64,000 nt of DNA from the human T2T-CHM13v2.0 reference genome, Homo sapiens: the NCBI RefSeq assembly GCF_009914755.1, contig NC_060925.1; one strand, given 5' to 3'. Under the pieces are notes generated by a model. That model did no database searches and was not told the origin of the DNA. It was given only the letters and a program-made list of their open reading frames with translations. Below, piece after piece: positions 34,426-53,728 of this stretch (its first letter is position 1; each line of letters opens with the position of its first letter). The translations under genes and the position numbers were made by a program.

Positions 34426-35264
34426 GCGAGCCTTCTTGTCTTTAAGAGCAGCGCATATATACTGTTATATTGGGTGCACACCTAAAATACATTTCCCCCA
34501 CAAAACCTGGAAGCTCTATTTCATGTTGAAATATCTGCTAAGTTCACGGATGGCTCCCATCCTAAGAGGGATCACACAGTGATTCTTCCGATGTTTTAGG
34601 GCACAAAGTAGCAAGAACCTCCCCTGCCTCCAGAAAGTCCTCCAGGCCTTTCTCTCCCATTCTATATGAAAACCAAACAGCTCTGAGATGCCACTGGCCT
34701 CCAAAACTGGAGTACTTTGAAGGGTGTTCTCTATCTTGAAATGTTTCTGTAAATGTTCTTTCTCCACATTTCTGACCTCACTGTCAATGCCCTGCTATGT
34801 GTGCAATTGAGTTAAACTGAAATGTGTTCAGTGGGGCTTCTACTTTGCCTGCCCTCACTTTGTGAGCCTGAGGCTGAGGTTGAGCTCAGCACCAAGGGTG
34901 ATCGTGAGTGTCTCTGGTGACTGAGCATCCACGAGGCACAGCAGGGGCTGGTATCATTCATCCAAGATCTCAGCTCTCCCTCACAAATAATCTAAAGCAT
35001 GTTGGTGACCCTGAGATTTGGCTAGCAAGAGGAATCTGCCCATGTTCAGACAACAAATGATTGGCAGACCCCTCAGGTGAGAGGCTCAGAGGATCCCCTA
35101 AGCAGTTCAACAACCTAAATGTTGGAAAAAACTGGCTGACAGACTTTCCATTCTTTCCCAATTCAGAAGGTCCAGCAAGTAGTGGTTGGTCTCAGGAAGA
35201 TGGAAAATCACAAACAACAGTTAAAAAAAGAAACTAAGCAAAGGAACACTGGCAAGACACTGTG

Positions 35265-35860
35265 CCAGTGCCCCCCCCTTTCACCAAGAAGGAAGGCCTC
35301 CCACTCCTGAGCCCACTGCGCCCAAGCTTCCACAAGGCCTACATACCCCTAGGCTGCCCAGAGTAGAGAAGAAAGGGTGCAAGACCTCAGGATGCAAGAC
35401 CCTCCCTTGGCTGCCCGTATGAGGCCTAGAACTGGGATACAAATGTCCCTGAGAGAGCAACAGTATACTGGAGTAGACGAGGATGGGCTTATGGTGGAAA
35501 GACGTGCCTTTGTGTACCAACCCTTCACCTCTGCCCATCTCCTCCATTGGAAAACAATACCCCATCCTATACCGAAAAGCCTCAAGCTATAATTTATTTG
35601 CTCCAAACTGTTATCCAGACCCACAACCCCACCTGGGCTGATTGCCACCAGGTGCTCATGCACCTCTTTAACACAGATGAAAGGTGGAGAGTGCTCCAAG
35701 TGGCAACTAAGTGGCTGGAAGAACATGTTCCAGCTGATTACAAAATCCCCGAGGGTATGTGAGGATCCAACTAGCAGGAACAGACCCCCAGTGGGACCCA
35801 AATGAAAGACAGGGTATGCAAAGCCTAAACCAGTACAGGGAAGTCCTTCTGGAAGGATTA
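35265..35860 (+). mobile_element. HERV-E-like gag (CA) fragment; mirror at 56689-57284 (-)
   Basis: RAFVYQPFTSAHLLHW / NNTPSYTEKPQA..QTHNPTWADCHQ..KWLEEH; frameshifted. Confidence 0.75.
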
Positions 35861-36080
35861 CAGGCGTGAGCTGCCTCACCCGGCCTTGAATGAGTGAATT
35901 CTTGACTTCTACCCTATCCCTAACACTGTCAATTTCCTGATTCATGCAATTAATATGGATATCTGATATGAATGGATATCTGATTCAATCCATTAATCTG
36001 GGGAGAGCCAAAAACCCAATCAGGATTAACTGGGTGGAGCTTCAGAAATGCAATCAGATATCACTTTTTGATTGGAAGCT
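35861..36080 (+). promoter_or_regulatory. Isolated ~220-bp fragment of the PRAMEF promoter-upstream module; mirror at 56469-56688
   Basis: Matches about 1191-1410 / 3345-3565 and stops before the GC box. Confidence 0.75.
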
Positions 36081-36260
36081 AGTGATCCGCCTGCCTTAGT
36101 CTCCCAAAGTGCTAGGATTGCAGGCATGAGCCACTGCACCTGGCCGGTATTTTCTGTTTTGTACAAGATGTTCCAGAAAGAAAGGCAAATATGGAAAGTT
36201 GTCTAATTCATTTCATAAGAGAGCAGTAACCCATATTTTAAAAATGGCTAAGGATATTAG

Positions 36261-36518
<258 letters not shown>

Positions 36519-36540
36519 TAGAACTCCTGACCTCAGGTGA

Positions 36541-36798
<258 letters not shown>

Positions 36799-37321
36799 TA
36801 GCCAGGTGTGGTGGCGCATGCCTGTAATCCCAGCAACTCAGGAGGCTGAGGCTGGAGATTTGCTTGAACCAAGAAGGTGGAAGTTGCAGTGAGTCGAGAT
36901 CATGCCATTGCACTTCAGCTTGTGCAAAAAGAGTGAAACTCCACCTTAAAAAGAAAAAAAAAAGAAAAAAAGAAAGCAATATAGTGATATATAATGGCCA
37001 TTCCAGGAATGCCAGCCAATCACAGGAAAATCTAAGTGTAATTCAGCATACTGACAAACTAAAGGGGGAAAAGCAAGGTTCCTACAAAATGCAGAAAAGA
37101 ATTGCAGAAAAATCAAATTAAATTTATCATAACATATTTCGGAAACTGAAATGTTGTATGTTGAAAACTTGCATTAAACATCAGATGTAATGGATAAACA
37201 TTAGCTCCCTTCCTACTGAGATATGAAACAAGGTAAGAACCTCAGCACCTTAGGATTTGGACGCACGTAGGTATTTTGGTTAATAGTAAAGACTCCAGAT
37301 CCAGCAGACCCAGACTGCTTA

Positions 37322-37619
<298 letters not shown>

Positions 37620-37781
37620 TTAGCTCATTCACATATAAAATGGGATAATAGCAATATTGACTTCACAGAGTGCTATAAATTAATCTATTTAAGTACTTCG
37701 AGCTGGATTTGACATAGGGCAAGCAAGGATATTTTTATTGTTATTATATTTGAAAAATATATTAGTTACAAACTTAGGTAA

Positions 37782-37964
<183 letters not shown>

Positions 37965-37967
37965 CTA

Positions 37968-38153
<186 letters not shown>

Positions 38154-39129
38154 TTATAAGAACATGTCCATTCACTCTCCAAAGTATCTAGGACTGGACA
38201 ATTACTTGTCAGGCCCTCTTCTGTAGCACCATACACTATAGCATATATGTGGATTAATATAAATACACATACAAAATTCAAGTATATATTCTATATACTT
38301 TCTATATATTTATATTCTAAGAGGTCACATGCAAATTCAAGGCTAGGTCAAAGAGTAGAGTGGCTATCTATGGAAAGGGGAGTGGAAGTGAATCATGGTA
38401 ATAAAAAAAGGTGTAGATATAGTTATGGATAGGTAGACATACACACATATAGCGGCAAGAAAAGGGAATGTCATGGACCAGTGATGACAGTGAGCCATGT
38501 AAAAAGGCTACAATTTTTGTGATTGTGTGTCCATTTTCAGGATTGGTTGTAGCTTACCTTTTTAGAAAGGCTGATGCCATAGTCATAGTGAATAAATGAT
38601 TATAAAATGTGTTTCCTTTCTGGCGAACCTCTGGAGAAATTTCCAATGGTAGGAGAACTCAGTTTACTGGGCAGGCGATCACACAGATAAGATTTTACAG
38701 ATCTAATGGCACTACCATTAACTTCATTATCATTGGTATTCTACAAAGGTTGAGTGAACAAATGGTATCTTAAAATTAAATTAGCTAAATTAACAAAAAA
38801 GATTGGATTACTTTTTCTTTTTTTTGACACAGAGTCTCTGATGCCCAAGCGGGAGTACAGTGGTGCTATGTCATCTCACTGCAACATCTGCCTCCCGGGT
38901 TCAAGAGATTCTCCTGCCTCAGACTCCTGAGTAGCCGGGATTACAGGCACACACCACCACACCCAGCTGATTTTTGTATTTTTAGCAGAAACGGGGTTTC
39001 ACCATGTTGACCAGGTTGGTCTTGAACCCCTGACCTTGTGATCTCCCTGCCTCAGCCTCCTGAAGTGCTGGAATTATAGGCTTGAGCCACCTTGCCCAGC
39101 CTAATCTTTTTTTCTTTTCTCAAAGGACT

Positions 39130-40300
39130 TCTATGCACTTAGGAGAGTGAGCCCATCGTTCAGTAACAACATGATTCAATACTGCAAGACCTTGATGCAG
39201 TATTTCAAAGTCTTTCCAGTAGGTGAGGGAGGCTTTCAGTGATGCTTAGACCTTCATGCCCTAGAATTTGGAGATTGCATCCTTTAGAAATGATACCAAG
39301 GGAAATCTGCCCATGAGCAGCACTGGATGGGACTGTACCAGATGACTTAAAACTAAGGATAACCAAGGAAAAGCCTTCCTTAGAAGCAGACATCATCACA
39401 TGGTAGACAGTTTTCCAAGACAATGGAACAAGACTCCATTTGATCTTCTTCCATTGACTGAGACTTGGTTTTGTTTTGTATTAAAACAAAATGCTCAAAC
39501 CTATATTTTATGTTGTTAGGTACTTTCTCCACTCAAACCAAACACTTTCTAAGGTCTTCTGTTCAAAATGTAGCCACTCTCACTAACCAAAGCAATTGCT
39601 GGCTATGGAGTCATTTACATGAAAGGGAAGGATCACAACTAAATAGTAGAACATGCTCTCATAAACAGTTGGGTAGCAACTGAGGATGCCAACTTCATCA
39701 TAAGGTTTGTTATCCTTCCTTTGGAAGGTTGGTTAACATTTATAATTACATGACTTGGCACTGAGAAGAAGCTATAGGTGCAAATGGGTGGCCTATGACT
39801 ATTATTGATTACATTACTGGCATTTTATCTCTATGCATAAAAAACATTAGTGAAACTGGATCTAATCTAGGTAGTGTCGCAGATTCCCACTAGAATCAAA
39901 CTCTTTGGTTTGACACACCTTATGAAGACTGGAGTGCTATAGGTATCGACATAGACATAGAATCAGAACATGACCATGTTACCCTCTGCCATTTAATCAG
40001 AGAACTTACTGAAACTAGACATTGGTTCATTGGAAACTCTAGAGGCAAATAGAATGTGTCTATAGCTCTACTATGTGAAATACATAATAGTTTTATTTAT
40101 TGGATGCATCAATACTCAGGACATATTTGGAGAGGAACCTATTCATTCTTCAATGCAGATGGCATGCAAGGATTACTTTATAAAACTCATAGAAATACTT
40201 TTTCTTCCCACCCCAATTCAAACCATTACCATGCAACCTGGTATCAATAGAAGTTAAGGCCATTGAGGTAGAAATAATTAAATAAAGCTTTATTGGAAGC
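39130..40300 (+). mobile_element. Decayed ERV pol-end/env remnant; paralog at about 47830-49000
   Basis: GPY-like HWMGLYQ and env-SU-like TNQSNCWL. Confidence 0.4.
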
Positions 40301-42346
40301 TAAATGTGAGAATCGACCTGGAAGACACACACTGACAAAGTGAGTGTTTTCCAAAGTCTGTTACAAGTTGGAATGCTTTTGTAAGAGAGGTTAAAAGAAG
40401 GGAATGGGACTCCTCCTATCAATTTTTTTTTAATTTTCTTTTGTTTTATTGACCTGGCAAGGCTCAAATAGAGTTGAGTTTTTGTTTTTGTTTTTCCCAT
40501 TGGAAGGTACAAGACAGAGGTTACAATCGTTAGCTTTAGATGACAACATAACAGGCTAAAACATTTTCCTTGCAAGACAACCAGCATGACTTCATGATCA
40601 GAATAAAATCAGTGTCCTTCTCACTGTCAGCAGGTGAAGACTTCATCAGTACTTGTAGAGTTTGAGGTACTCATGAACTCATGATCAGATTCTTTACTCA
40701 GGGACAGGATGTAAGCCAATGCTAAGACCTTCCATAGGTGGCTAATTTTTAAGCTTGCCCCAATGAGACCTTCAGGTTTTCACTGGCAATATGCAGGTGC
40801 AGATATGACAAAGAATAACAATGACCTTCATATCACCTCCAGCTGTTGAGGAATGGGATCCTTTTCACCCTTCCTGTCCATAAAACCAAGTTACTCATCT
40901 TCAGTGGCAACAAAATATATGGTAAACTTAACAGAGAAGGAGACTGTCAGAAAAAAAAAAAAAAAAGATGTGTTTATCCTGAAATGAGGAAAGCAATGGG
41001 AATAGATGTGAGATTATTTTGGGAGAAAAAGGAAGACAAAGGTTTTGAAAGGAAAAATAAGGAGGATTATACAAATTGTTTTGAAAGACTCAACCTTGGT
41101 CCTAAGAATCAAAAGTAAAGGGGCATCAGTGAAATGTTGGATAGATTCCACCTCCACCCCCTCAGTAACCCCCAACATGTTTACCAAGTCTTGGTTAACT
41201 CCCAGGATCCCATTAAAACACCCAGCTCAACCATGCCCATCCTCTACCCTCACTTCTCTTTGTAATTTTGACATGATTTTATTACAGGACCATCAGGTTC
41301 CTATGCCTGCTGCACAGTAGCTGACCAATATTCTGAGACAGCAGTGTTTGCAGCAGACAGTTTAATGATCACAGGGTGGCTAAATGAGAAGCTAGGAGGA
41401 TATCCTCAAATTCATCTCCCCAAGTAGTACTGAGGGTTTCCAGTGGATCCTGGATAGCAAGGGGCTGGAAAGTTGGTGTAGAGGTAAGAGGGATGAAGTC
41501 ATCAGGATGTCAAAACTGCATTCTTTGGTGAGTTGGTGCCTTGCAGAGCCCTTCAGATCAGCTGGCATCAGTAGTTTCACTGACATGCAGAACCTGAAAG
41601 AATATCTCAAATGAGAAAGTTAATGTTTTACAAGGCTTAAATTGTTGTCTGCAGGGTAGTTAAGGGGAACTGTAAGCTAAGGTCTACTTGATTTGGGGAC
41701 AGTAAGCTGCCAGCAACCATGAGGAAGAAGGTCAGAGAGCAAGCTGACCTCATGGTGAATGCTGAATGCGCTGCAAGCTTGGTTTATTTTTGTTTCTCCC
41801 CCTCCCTTCTTCACTGATTAAACTTATAAAGTTTACAGGTATCATTTCAATTTCTTCCAGAGAAGACTTAACCTAAGCCCTGAGACCACTCAAGCCCTCA
41901 GTGGCACCTCTCTTCCACCAGCACGAGTGAAGAAACTGCTACCTTAGGTGATATAAAACCCACAAGACCATTCCATACATGGAGATCTTTATTCTTATTT
42001 TGTAGGGACGACTCCTCTGTGTTTATACAGCTATTTTAACTAGAAATATTTTTATAAATTTTATAATTTTGATGTGGCCAAAGATCTCCCCACAACACTA
42101 CTTTCAGGTTTTATTTTTCTGTCTAATGTCTGGAACAGATCAACCCCTTCCCTGCCTCACATCAGGACTTGAAGGCGAAATAGCAGTAAAATTCCATCAG
42201 TGTTTGTGGATTTCATGAATGAATGCATTTTTTTTGACAAAATCTCCCTCTGTCACCCAGTCAGGAGGGCAATGGTGTAATCTTGGCTCACTGCAAACTC
42301 AGCCTCCAGGGTTCAAGGGATTCTCCCACCTCAGCCGCATGAGTAA

Positions 42347-42514
<168 letters not shown>

Positions 42515-42872
42515 TGAGTGAATGAATTCTTGACTTCCAGTCTATCCCTAACTCTGTCAATTTCTTAATTCATGAAATGATTATGCATATGTGATATGAA
42601 TGGATATCTCGTTCAATCCATTAGTCTTCGGACAGTCAAAAACCCAATCAGGATTAACTGAGTGGAGCTTCAGAAATGCAATCAGATATCGCTTTTTGAT
42701 TGGAAGCTAGCAGCGGATACGTGGAGGGGCGTGGGTGGGAGTTGTGATTAGAAAGGTCAATAAAAGCTTCTAAAGACCCACAGGACAAACTCAAAGTCTT
42801 CAAGCCTGGAGTTCCTGCTTGGCTCTTCCTGAGGTCTGAGCACCTTCTAAACTACAACCAGATCTGGTAAGT
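42515..42872 (+). promoter_or_regulatory. PRAMEF-derived promoter and exon 1 upstream of HNRNPCL (GT at 42867; acceptor AG at 43076-77)
   Basis: GC box at 42726-35, AATAAAA at 42759-65, CTG|GTAAGT; 94 bp identical to copy A. Confidence 0.8.
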
Positions 42873-43237
42873 CACTAATTTCTGTAAGGACACTCCCATG
42901 TGACCTACAGTCAGCCGGTCTAGAACGGTGACAGTGCAGCCTACGATGGCATAGAACTATATCATGTCTTTTTTTCTTTTTTTCATATGAACACTTTGAA
43001 GCTTTGATTTTTTTTTCTAAATGCAATTTTGTCGTGATTTCAAAAATGTTGTTGTGCTTTTCTTTACATCATTTCAGAATTCTTGTTGGCAGCCATTTTG
43101 TGAAGAGACGAAGACTGAGCTGTTTTGGCTGCATTTCTGGCCTCGAGCCGCAGTCAGCTTCTCCCCGTAGAACCCGGCAGTAGGAGACTTAGAATCGAAT
43201 CTCTTCTCCCTCCCGCCTCCTGTTTTTGGCTTTTTGA

Positions 43238-44140
<903 letters not shown>

Positions 44141-44884
44141 GCACATAGTGGGGTTGAGAAATCTTATCCCATTGTTTCTTTACCTAGGAGCTTGTCTAAC
44201 AACAAATTTTTCACCAGATCCTCTCCCTTAGTATCTTCAGCACATGCTTACTGTTCTCCCCATCCTTGTCCTTCCCACATTCATTAATTCATATTGCCCT
44301 GTGCCTAGTCCCATTTTCACTTCCCATGACACCCCTAGTAGTTTTCCTAAGTCTTACCCTGTAATTTTTGCTTTTAATTTTGACACCTCTTTATGACTTA
44401 ACAGTAAAAAGGATGTATGGTTTTTATCAACTGTCTCCAAAATAATCTCTTGTTATGCAGGGAATACAGTTCTTTTCTTTCATACATAAGTTCAGTAGTT
44501 GCTTCCCTAACTGCAAAGGCAATCTCATTGAGTTGAGTAGCTCCTGAAAGCAGCTTGGAGTTACAAGTATGTGTGTTACACCCCATATTAGTGTGCTGTG
44601 TGGGGCAGTTCAACAAAAATCTAACAATGTATTTTTGTGAATGAGAGTTGGCATGTCAAATGCATCCTCAGAAACATAATTGGTGTTATAGTCTTCAAAT
44701 GTGTTTTCTAAAGTTGATACCGTGGGTTATTTTTGTGAACAGCTTGATGTTTGGGACCTTTTCCCTGAAAATAAACAACTCTTTATTAAACCAGCAATTT
44801 AAAGAAAAAAAATTCTTGGTGGGAGCAATGACTCATGCCTGTAACTACAACACTTTGGGAGGCCAAGGTGGGAGGATCGTTTGA

Positions 44885-45094
<210 letters not shown>

Positions 45095-45268
45095 TGAGCA
45101 GCTCATTTTTATATTTTGGATAGAGACGGCGGTTCACCATGTTGGCCAGGCTGGTCTCAAACTCCTAACCTCAAGTGATCCACCTGCTTTGGCCTCCCAA
45201 AGGGCTGGGATTACACCAGTGAGCCACCAATGCCCTGCCTCTTTTTTAAAAAATTAGATGGGCATGGT

Positions 45269-46317
<1,049 letters not shown>

Positions 46318-46499
46318 TTAATTGTAATCAGTAGGCAGATCCCAAATTCCCCAAAAAAGGAGAGAAAGAGAGTTTAGAAGGCTCTACATGCTAGCATCCC
46401 ATTCAGACTGTTTAATCCTACCATTGTGGTTTTGTAAGAAAAACAGTCTTAAAGATTTCCAATAATTCTCACTATGGCCATAAATTATCCTGGGTGTCA

Positions 46500-46820
<321 letters not shown>

Positions 46821-49800
46821 CTACTAATAATTATAACAGCATGTCCATTCACTCTCCAAAGTGTCTGGGACTGGACAATTAATTGTGAGGCCCTCTTCTC
46901 TAGCACCCTACGCTATAGCATATATGTGGATTAAAATAAATACACATAAAAATGCAAGTATATATGCTATATACTTTCCATATACTTATATTATATAAGG
47001 TCACATGCAAATTCAAGGCTAGGTCAAAGAGTAGAGTGGCAATATATGGAAAGGTGAGTGGAAGTGAATAATGGTAATAAAAGGAAACAGATAGATATAG
47101 ATATAGATATGAATAGGTAGACATACACATATATAGCTGCAAGAAAGGGGGTTGTCATGGACCAATGATGACAGTGAGCCGTGTAAAAAGGCTAAAATTC
47201 TTGTGATTGTGTTTCCATTTTCAGGATGAGTTGTAGCTTACCTTTTTAGAAAGGCTTATGATGCAGTCATAGCAAATAAGTGATTATAAAATGTGTTTCC
47301 TTTCTGGGCAATTCTGGAGAAATCTCTAATGGTATGAGAATTCAGTTTACTGGGCAGGTTATCACACATAAAATTTTACAGACCCAATGACACTAGCATT
47401 AACTTCATTATCCTTGGTATTCTATAAAGGTTGAGTGAACAAATGGTATCTTTAAACTAAAATTAGCTAAACTGACAAAGAAAACTGGATTATTATTATT
47501 TATTTTTGAGACAGAGTCTCTGTTGCCCAGGCTGGAGTACAGTGGTGCTACCTTGGCTCACTGCAACCTCTGCCTCCCAGGTTCAAGGAGTTTTCCTGCC
47601 TCAGCCACCTAAGTAGCTGGGATTACAGGCACACACAACCACACCCAGCTAATTTTTGTATTTTTGGCAGAAGCGGGGTTTCACCATTTTGGCCAGGTTG
47701 GTCTTGAACCCCTGACATCGGGATCTGCCTGCCTCGGTCTCCTAAAGTGCTGGGATTATAGGCGTCAGCCACCACACCTGGCCGAATCTTTTTTTCTTTT
47801 CTCAAAGATGTTGTCATAGTATTGGGTTCTATGCACTCAGGAGAGTGAGCCCATCATTCAGTAACAATATGAATCAATACTGCAAGACCTTGATGCAGAA
47901 TTTCAAAGACTATTTCCAGTAGGTGAAGGCTTTCAGTGATGCTTAGATCTTCCTGCCCTAGCATTTGGAGATTGCATCCTTTGGAAATGACACCAAGGGA
48001 AATCTGCGCATGAGCAGCAATGGATGGGACTGTACCAGATGACTGAAACGTAAAGATATCCGAGGAAAAGCCTTCCCTAGAAGCAGACATCATCACATGG
48101 TAGACAGCTTTTCCAAGACAATGGAACAAGACTCCATTTGATCTTCTTCCATTGACTGAGACTTGGTTTTGTTTTGTATTAACACAAAATTCTCAAACCT
48201 GTATTTTATATTGTTAGGTACTTTCATCACTCAAACCAAACACTTTCTAAGGTCTCCTGTTCAAAATGTAGCCACTCTCACTAACCAAAGCAATTGCTGG
48301 CTATGGGGTCATTTAGATGAAAGGGAAGGATCACAGATAATAGTAGAACCTGCTCTCATACACAGTTGGGTAGCAATTGAGGATGCTAACTTCATGATAA
48401 GGTTTGTTATCCTTCCTTTGGAAGGTTGGTTAATATTGATAATTAAATGACTTGGTACTGAGAAGAAGCTATAGGTGCAAATGGGTGGCCTATGACTATT
48501 ATTGATTTCATTACTGGTAATTTATCTCTATGCCTAGAAAACATTAGTGTAACTGGGTCTAACCTAGATAGTGTTCCAGACTCCCACTAGAATCAAACTC
48601 TTTGGTTTGACATGCATTATGTAGATGGGAATGCTATAGATATCGACATAGACATAGAGTCAGAACATGACCATGTTACCCTCTGCCATATAATCAGAGA
48701 ACTTACTGAAACTAGGCATTGGTTCTTTGGAAACTCTAGAGGCAAATAGAATGCATCTATAGCTCTACTGTATGAAATAATAGTTTTATTTATTGGATGC
48801 ATCAATACTCAGGATATATTTGGAGAGGAAACTATTCTTTCTTCAATGGAGATGGCATGCAAGGATTACTTTATAAAACACACAGAAATATTTTTTCCTC
48901 CCACCCCAATTCCAACCATTACCGTGCAACCTGTTGTCAATAGACGTTAAGGCAGTTGAGGCAGAAATAATTAAATAAAGCTTCATTGGAAGCTAAATGT
49001 CAGGATCGACCTGGAAGACACACACTGACAAAATGAGCGTTTTCCAAAGTCTGTTACAAGTTGGAATGCTTTTATAAGAAAGGTTGAAAGAAGGGAATGG
49101 GACTCCTCCTATCAGTTGTTTTTTTTTTTTAATTTTCTTTTGTTTTATCCTGGCAAGGCTCTAATAGAGTTGAGCTTTTTTGTTTTTGTTTTTTCCATTG
49201 GAAGGGACAATACAGAGGTTACAATCATTGACTTTAGATGACAACATGACAGGCAAAAATATTTTCCTTGCAAGACAACCAGCAAAACTTCACGATCAGA
49301 ATCAAATCAGTGTCCTTCTCACTGTCACTGGGTGAAGCCTTCATCAGTACTTGAAGAGTCTCAGGCACTCATGAAGTCAAGATCAGATTCTTTACTCAGG
49401 GACAGGATGTAAGCCAATCATAAGACCTTCCACAGATGATCAATTTGGAAGTCTACCTAATGTGACCTGCAGGTTTTCACTGGCAATATGCAGGTGCAGA
49501 TATGACAAAGAATAATCCTGACCTTCATATCGCCCCTAGCTGATGAGGATTGGGATTCTTTTGTCCCTTTCTCTCCATAAAACCAGGTTACTCATCTTGT
49601 GTGGCAACAAAATATATGGTCTACTTAACAGAGAAAGAGACTCCACAGGAAAAAAAAAAGGATTTTTATTATGAAATGAGCAAAGCCATGGGAATAGATG
49701 TGAGATTATTCGGGGAGGTAAAGGAAGACAAAGGTTTTGAAAGGAAAAATGAGGAGAATTACATAAATTTTTTTGAAAGACTCATTCTTGGTCACAAGTA

Positions 49801-50912
49801 TGAAAACCAAGGGAGCCTCAGTGCAGTGTTGGAAAGATTCCTCCTCCACCCTCTCAATAACCCCCAACACATTTACCAAGTCTTTGTTCACTCCCAGGAT
49901 TCCATTAAAACACCCAGCTCAACCCTGACCAGCCTCCACCTTCACTTCCCTTTGTAATTTTGACATAAATTTGTTACAGGACCATCAGGTTCCTATGCCG
50001 GCTGCACAGTAGCTTAGCAATATTGTGAGACAGCAGGGTTTGCAGCAGAAAGTTTAATGATCACAGGGTGGCTGAATGAGAAGCTGGGAGGAGATCCTCA
50101 AATTCATCTCCCCAAGGAGTACTGAGGGTTTCCAGTGGATCCTGGATAGCAAGGGGCTGGAAAGTTGGTGTAGTTTGATGGCAATAAGAGGTATGAAGTT
50201 ATCACGATGTCAGAACGGCATTCTTTGGTGAGTTGATGCCTTGCAGGGCCCTTCAGATCAGCTGGCATCAGTAGTTTCACTGACATGCAGAACCTGAAAG
50301 AATATCTCAAATGAAAAACTTAATGTTTCACAATGCTTAAATTGTTGTCTGCAGCGTAGTTAAGGGGAATTGTAGTCTAAGTTCTACACGATTTTGGGAC
50401 AGTAGGCTGCCAGCAACCATGAGGAAGCAGGTCAGAGGGCAAGCTGACCTCCTGGTGAATGCTGAATGCGTTTCAAGCTTGGTTTGTTTTTGTTCCTCCC
50501 CCTCTCTTTTTCACCGATTAAATTTATAAAGTTTAGAAATACGGTTTCAATTTCTTCCAGACAAGCCTTAACCTAAGCCCTGAGACCACTCAAGCCCTCA
50601 GTGGCACCTCTCTTCCACCAGCATGAGCAAATAAATTGCTACCTTAGGTGATATAAAACCCACAAGACGATTCGATACATGGAGTTTTTTTTCTGATTTT
50701 GTAGGGATGACTTCTTTGTTTCTATAAAGCTGTTTTAACTATAAAACAATTTTATAATTTTGATGTGGCCAAAGATCTCCCAACACTACTTTCAGGTTTT
50801 ATTTTTCTGTCTACTATCCAGAACAGATCAAACCCTTCCCTGCCTCAAACTCAGGACTATATAGGTCATATATCAGTAAAATTCCATCAGTGTTTGCGGA
50901 GTTCATGAATGA

Positions 50913-51110
<198 letters not shown>

Positions 51111-51229
51111 TAGAGCTGGGGTTTCATCATGTTGGCCTTGCAGGTCTTGATCGCCTGACCTCAGGTGATCCAGCCAACTTGGACTCTCAAAGTGCAGGGA
51201 TTACAGGTGTGAGCCACCTCACCCGGCCT

Positions 51230-51587
51230 TTAATGAGTGAATTCTTGATTTCCACCCTATTCCTAACACTGTCAATTTCTTGATTCATGAACTTAATATG
51301 GATAGCTGATATGAATGGATATCTGATTCAATCCAGTAATCTGGGGACAGCCAAAAACCCAATCAAGATTAACTGGGTGGAGCTTCAGAAATGCAATCAG
51401 ATAGCACTTTTTGATTGGAAGCAAGCACTGGATAGATGGAGGGGTGTGGGTGGGAGTTGTGATTAGAAAGATCGATAAAAGTTTCTGAAGGCCCACAGGA
51501 GAGACCCAAAGTCTTCAAGTCTGGAGTTCCTGCTTGGTTCTTCCTGAGGTCTAAGCACTCTGCAAACTCAGTCCAGATCTAGTAAGT
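51230..51587 (+). promoter_or_regulatory. Diverged promoter/exon-1 module of the truncated pseudogene (donor CTA|GTAAGT, GT at 51582); intronic DUX4 site at 52994-53004
   Basis: Homologous to copy A, with altered GC box and TATA-like element. Confidence 0.65.
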
Positions 51588-52172
51588 CACTCATTTCTGG
51601 AAGGACACTCCCATCTGACCTATAGTCAGCCGGTCTGGGACGGGGGCAATGCAGCCTATGATGGCACCGAGCTATATCTGTCTTTTATATATATATATAT
51701 GAACAATTTGAAGATTTGAATTTTTTCCTCTATATGCAGTTTTGTCTTTATTTCAAAAAATTGGATTGTGCTTTGGTTTATGTCATTTCAAAATTCTTGA
51801 TGGGAGCAATGACTCATGCCCATAACCTCAACACCTTGGGAGGCCAAAGCGGGAGGATCATTTGAGCCCAGGGGTTTGAGACCAACCTGGGCAACATGGC
51901 AAAAATGCAGCTCTACAAAACATTCTTTTTTTGAAGCAGGGATGGAGTCTCACCCTGTTGCCAAGGCTGGAGTGCAGTGGCAAGAGCTCAACTCACTGCA
52001 ACCTCTTCCTCCCAGGCTCAAACAATTTTCATGTCTCAGCTTCCTGAGTAGCTGGTATTACATCCCTCTGCCACCATGTCTGCTTAATTTTTGTATTTTT
52101 AGTAGTGGTGGGGTTTCACCATGCTGGCCAGGTTGGTCTCAAACTCCTGACATCAAGTGATCCTCCTGCCTA

Positions 52173-52394
<222 letters not shown>

Positions 52395-53058
52395 CTAAAA
52401 ACAAAAACGAAAACAAACAAACAAAAAACCTTAACCAAAGAGAATCTTTGACCTTAATTTTAAACCAATCACATCCTCACTGTAATTCTTCCTCCCGAAT
52501 GGAGACATGGGTGTGAGGGTGCATGCCTGTAATCCCAGCTACGTGGAAGGCTGAAGCATGAGAATTGCTTGAATCTCAGAGGCGGAAGTTACAGTGAGCT
52601 GAGATGGAGCCGCTGCACTCCAGCCTGGGCGACAAAGTGAGACTCAGCTTCACCCACACCAAAAAAAATTAGATTATACCACCCAGGTGATCACTGGATA
52701 CATGAAGATTTCTATTGTGTGTTATTGGGGACTGTCAACTCCGTCTTTGAAAACTGTTTTAACTCTGAAATATTTTGATAAATTTGATGTGGCCAAGGAT
52801 CCCTCAACAAAGATACTTTCAAGTTTTCTTTCTTTCTGTCTAATATCAGGAAGAGATTCAACACTTCCCTATCTCACACTCAGGACTATGAAGGACACAT
52901 ATTAGTAAACCTCCATGTTTGTGGAGGGAATCAGTGAATGAGTCCTGGACTTTCACCCTATCCCTAAATCTTTCACTTTCATGGATGAATATCTAATTCA
53001 ATCAGTTAATCTGGAAGAAAGCCAAAAATCCAATCAGGATTAACTGGGTAGAGTTTAA

Positions 53059-53728
<670 letters not shown>

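Noticed and set aside
34111-34485. Lys/Arg/Glu-rich and Phe/Leu/Ser-rich ORFs (also 5777-6232 and 58068-58472)
   Set aside because: Purine-rich microsatellite and Alu tail.
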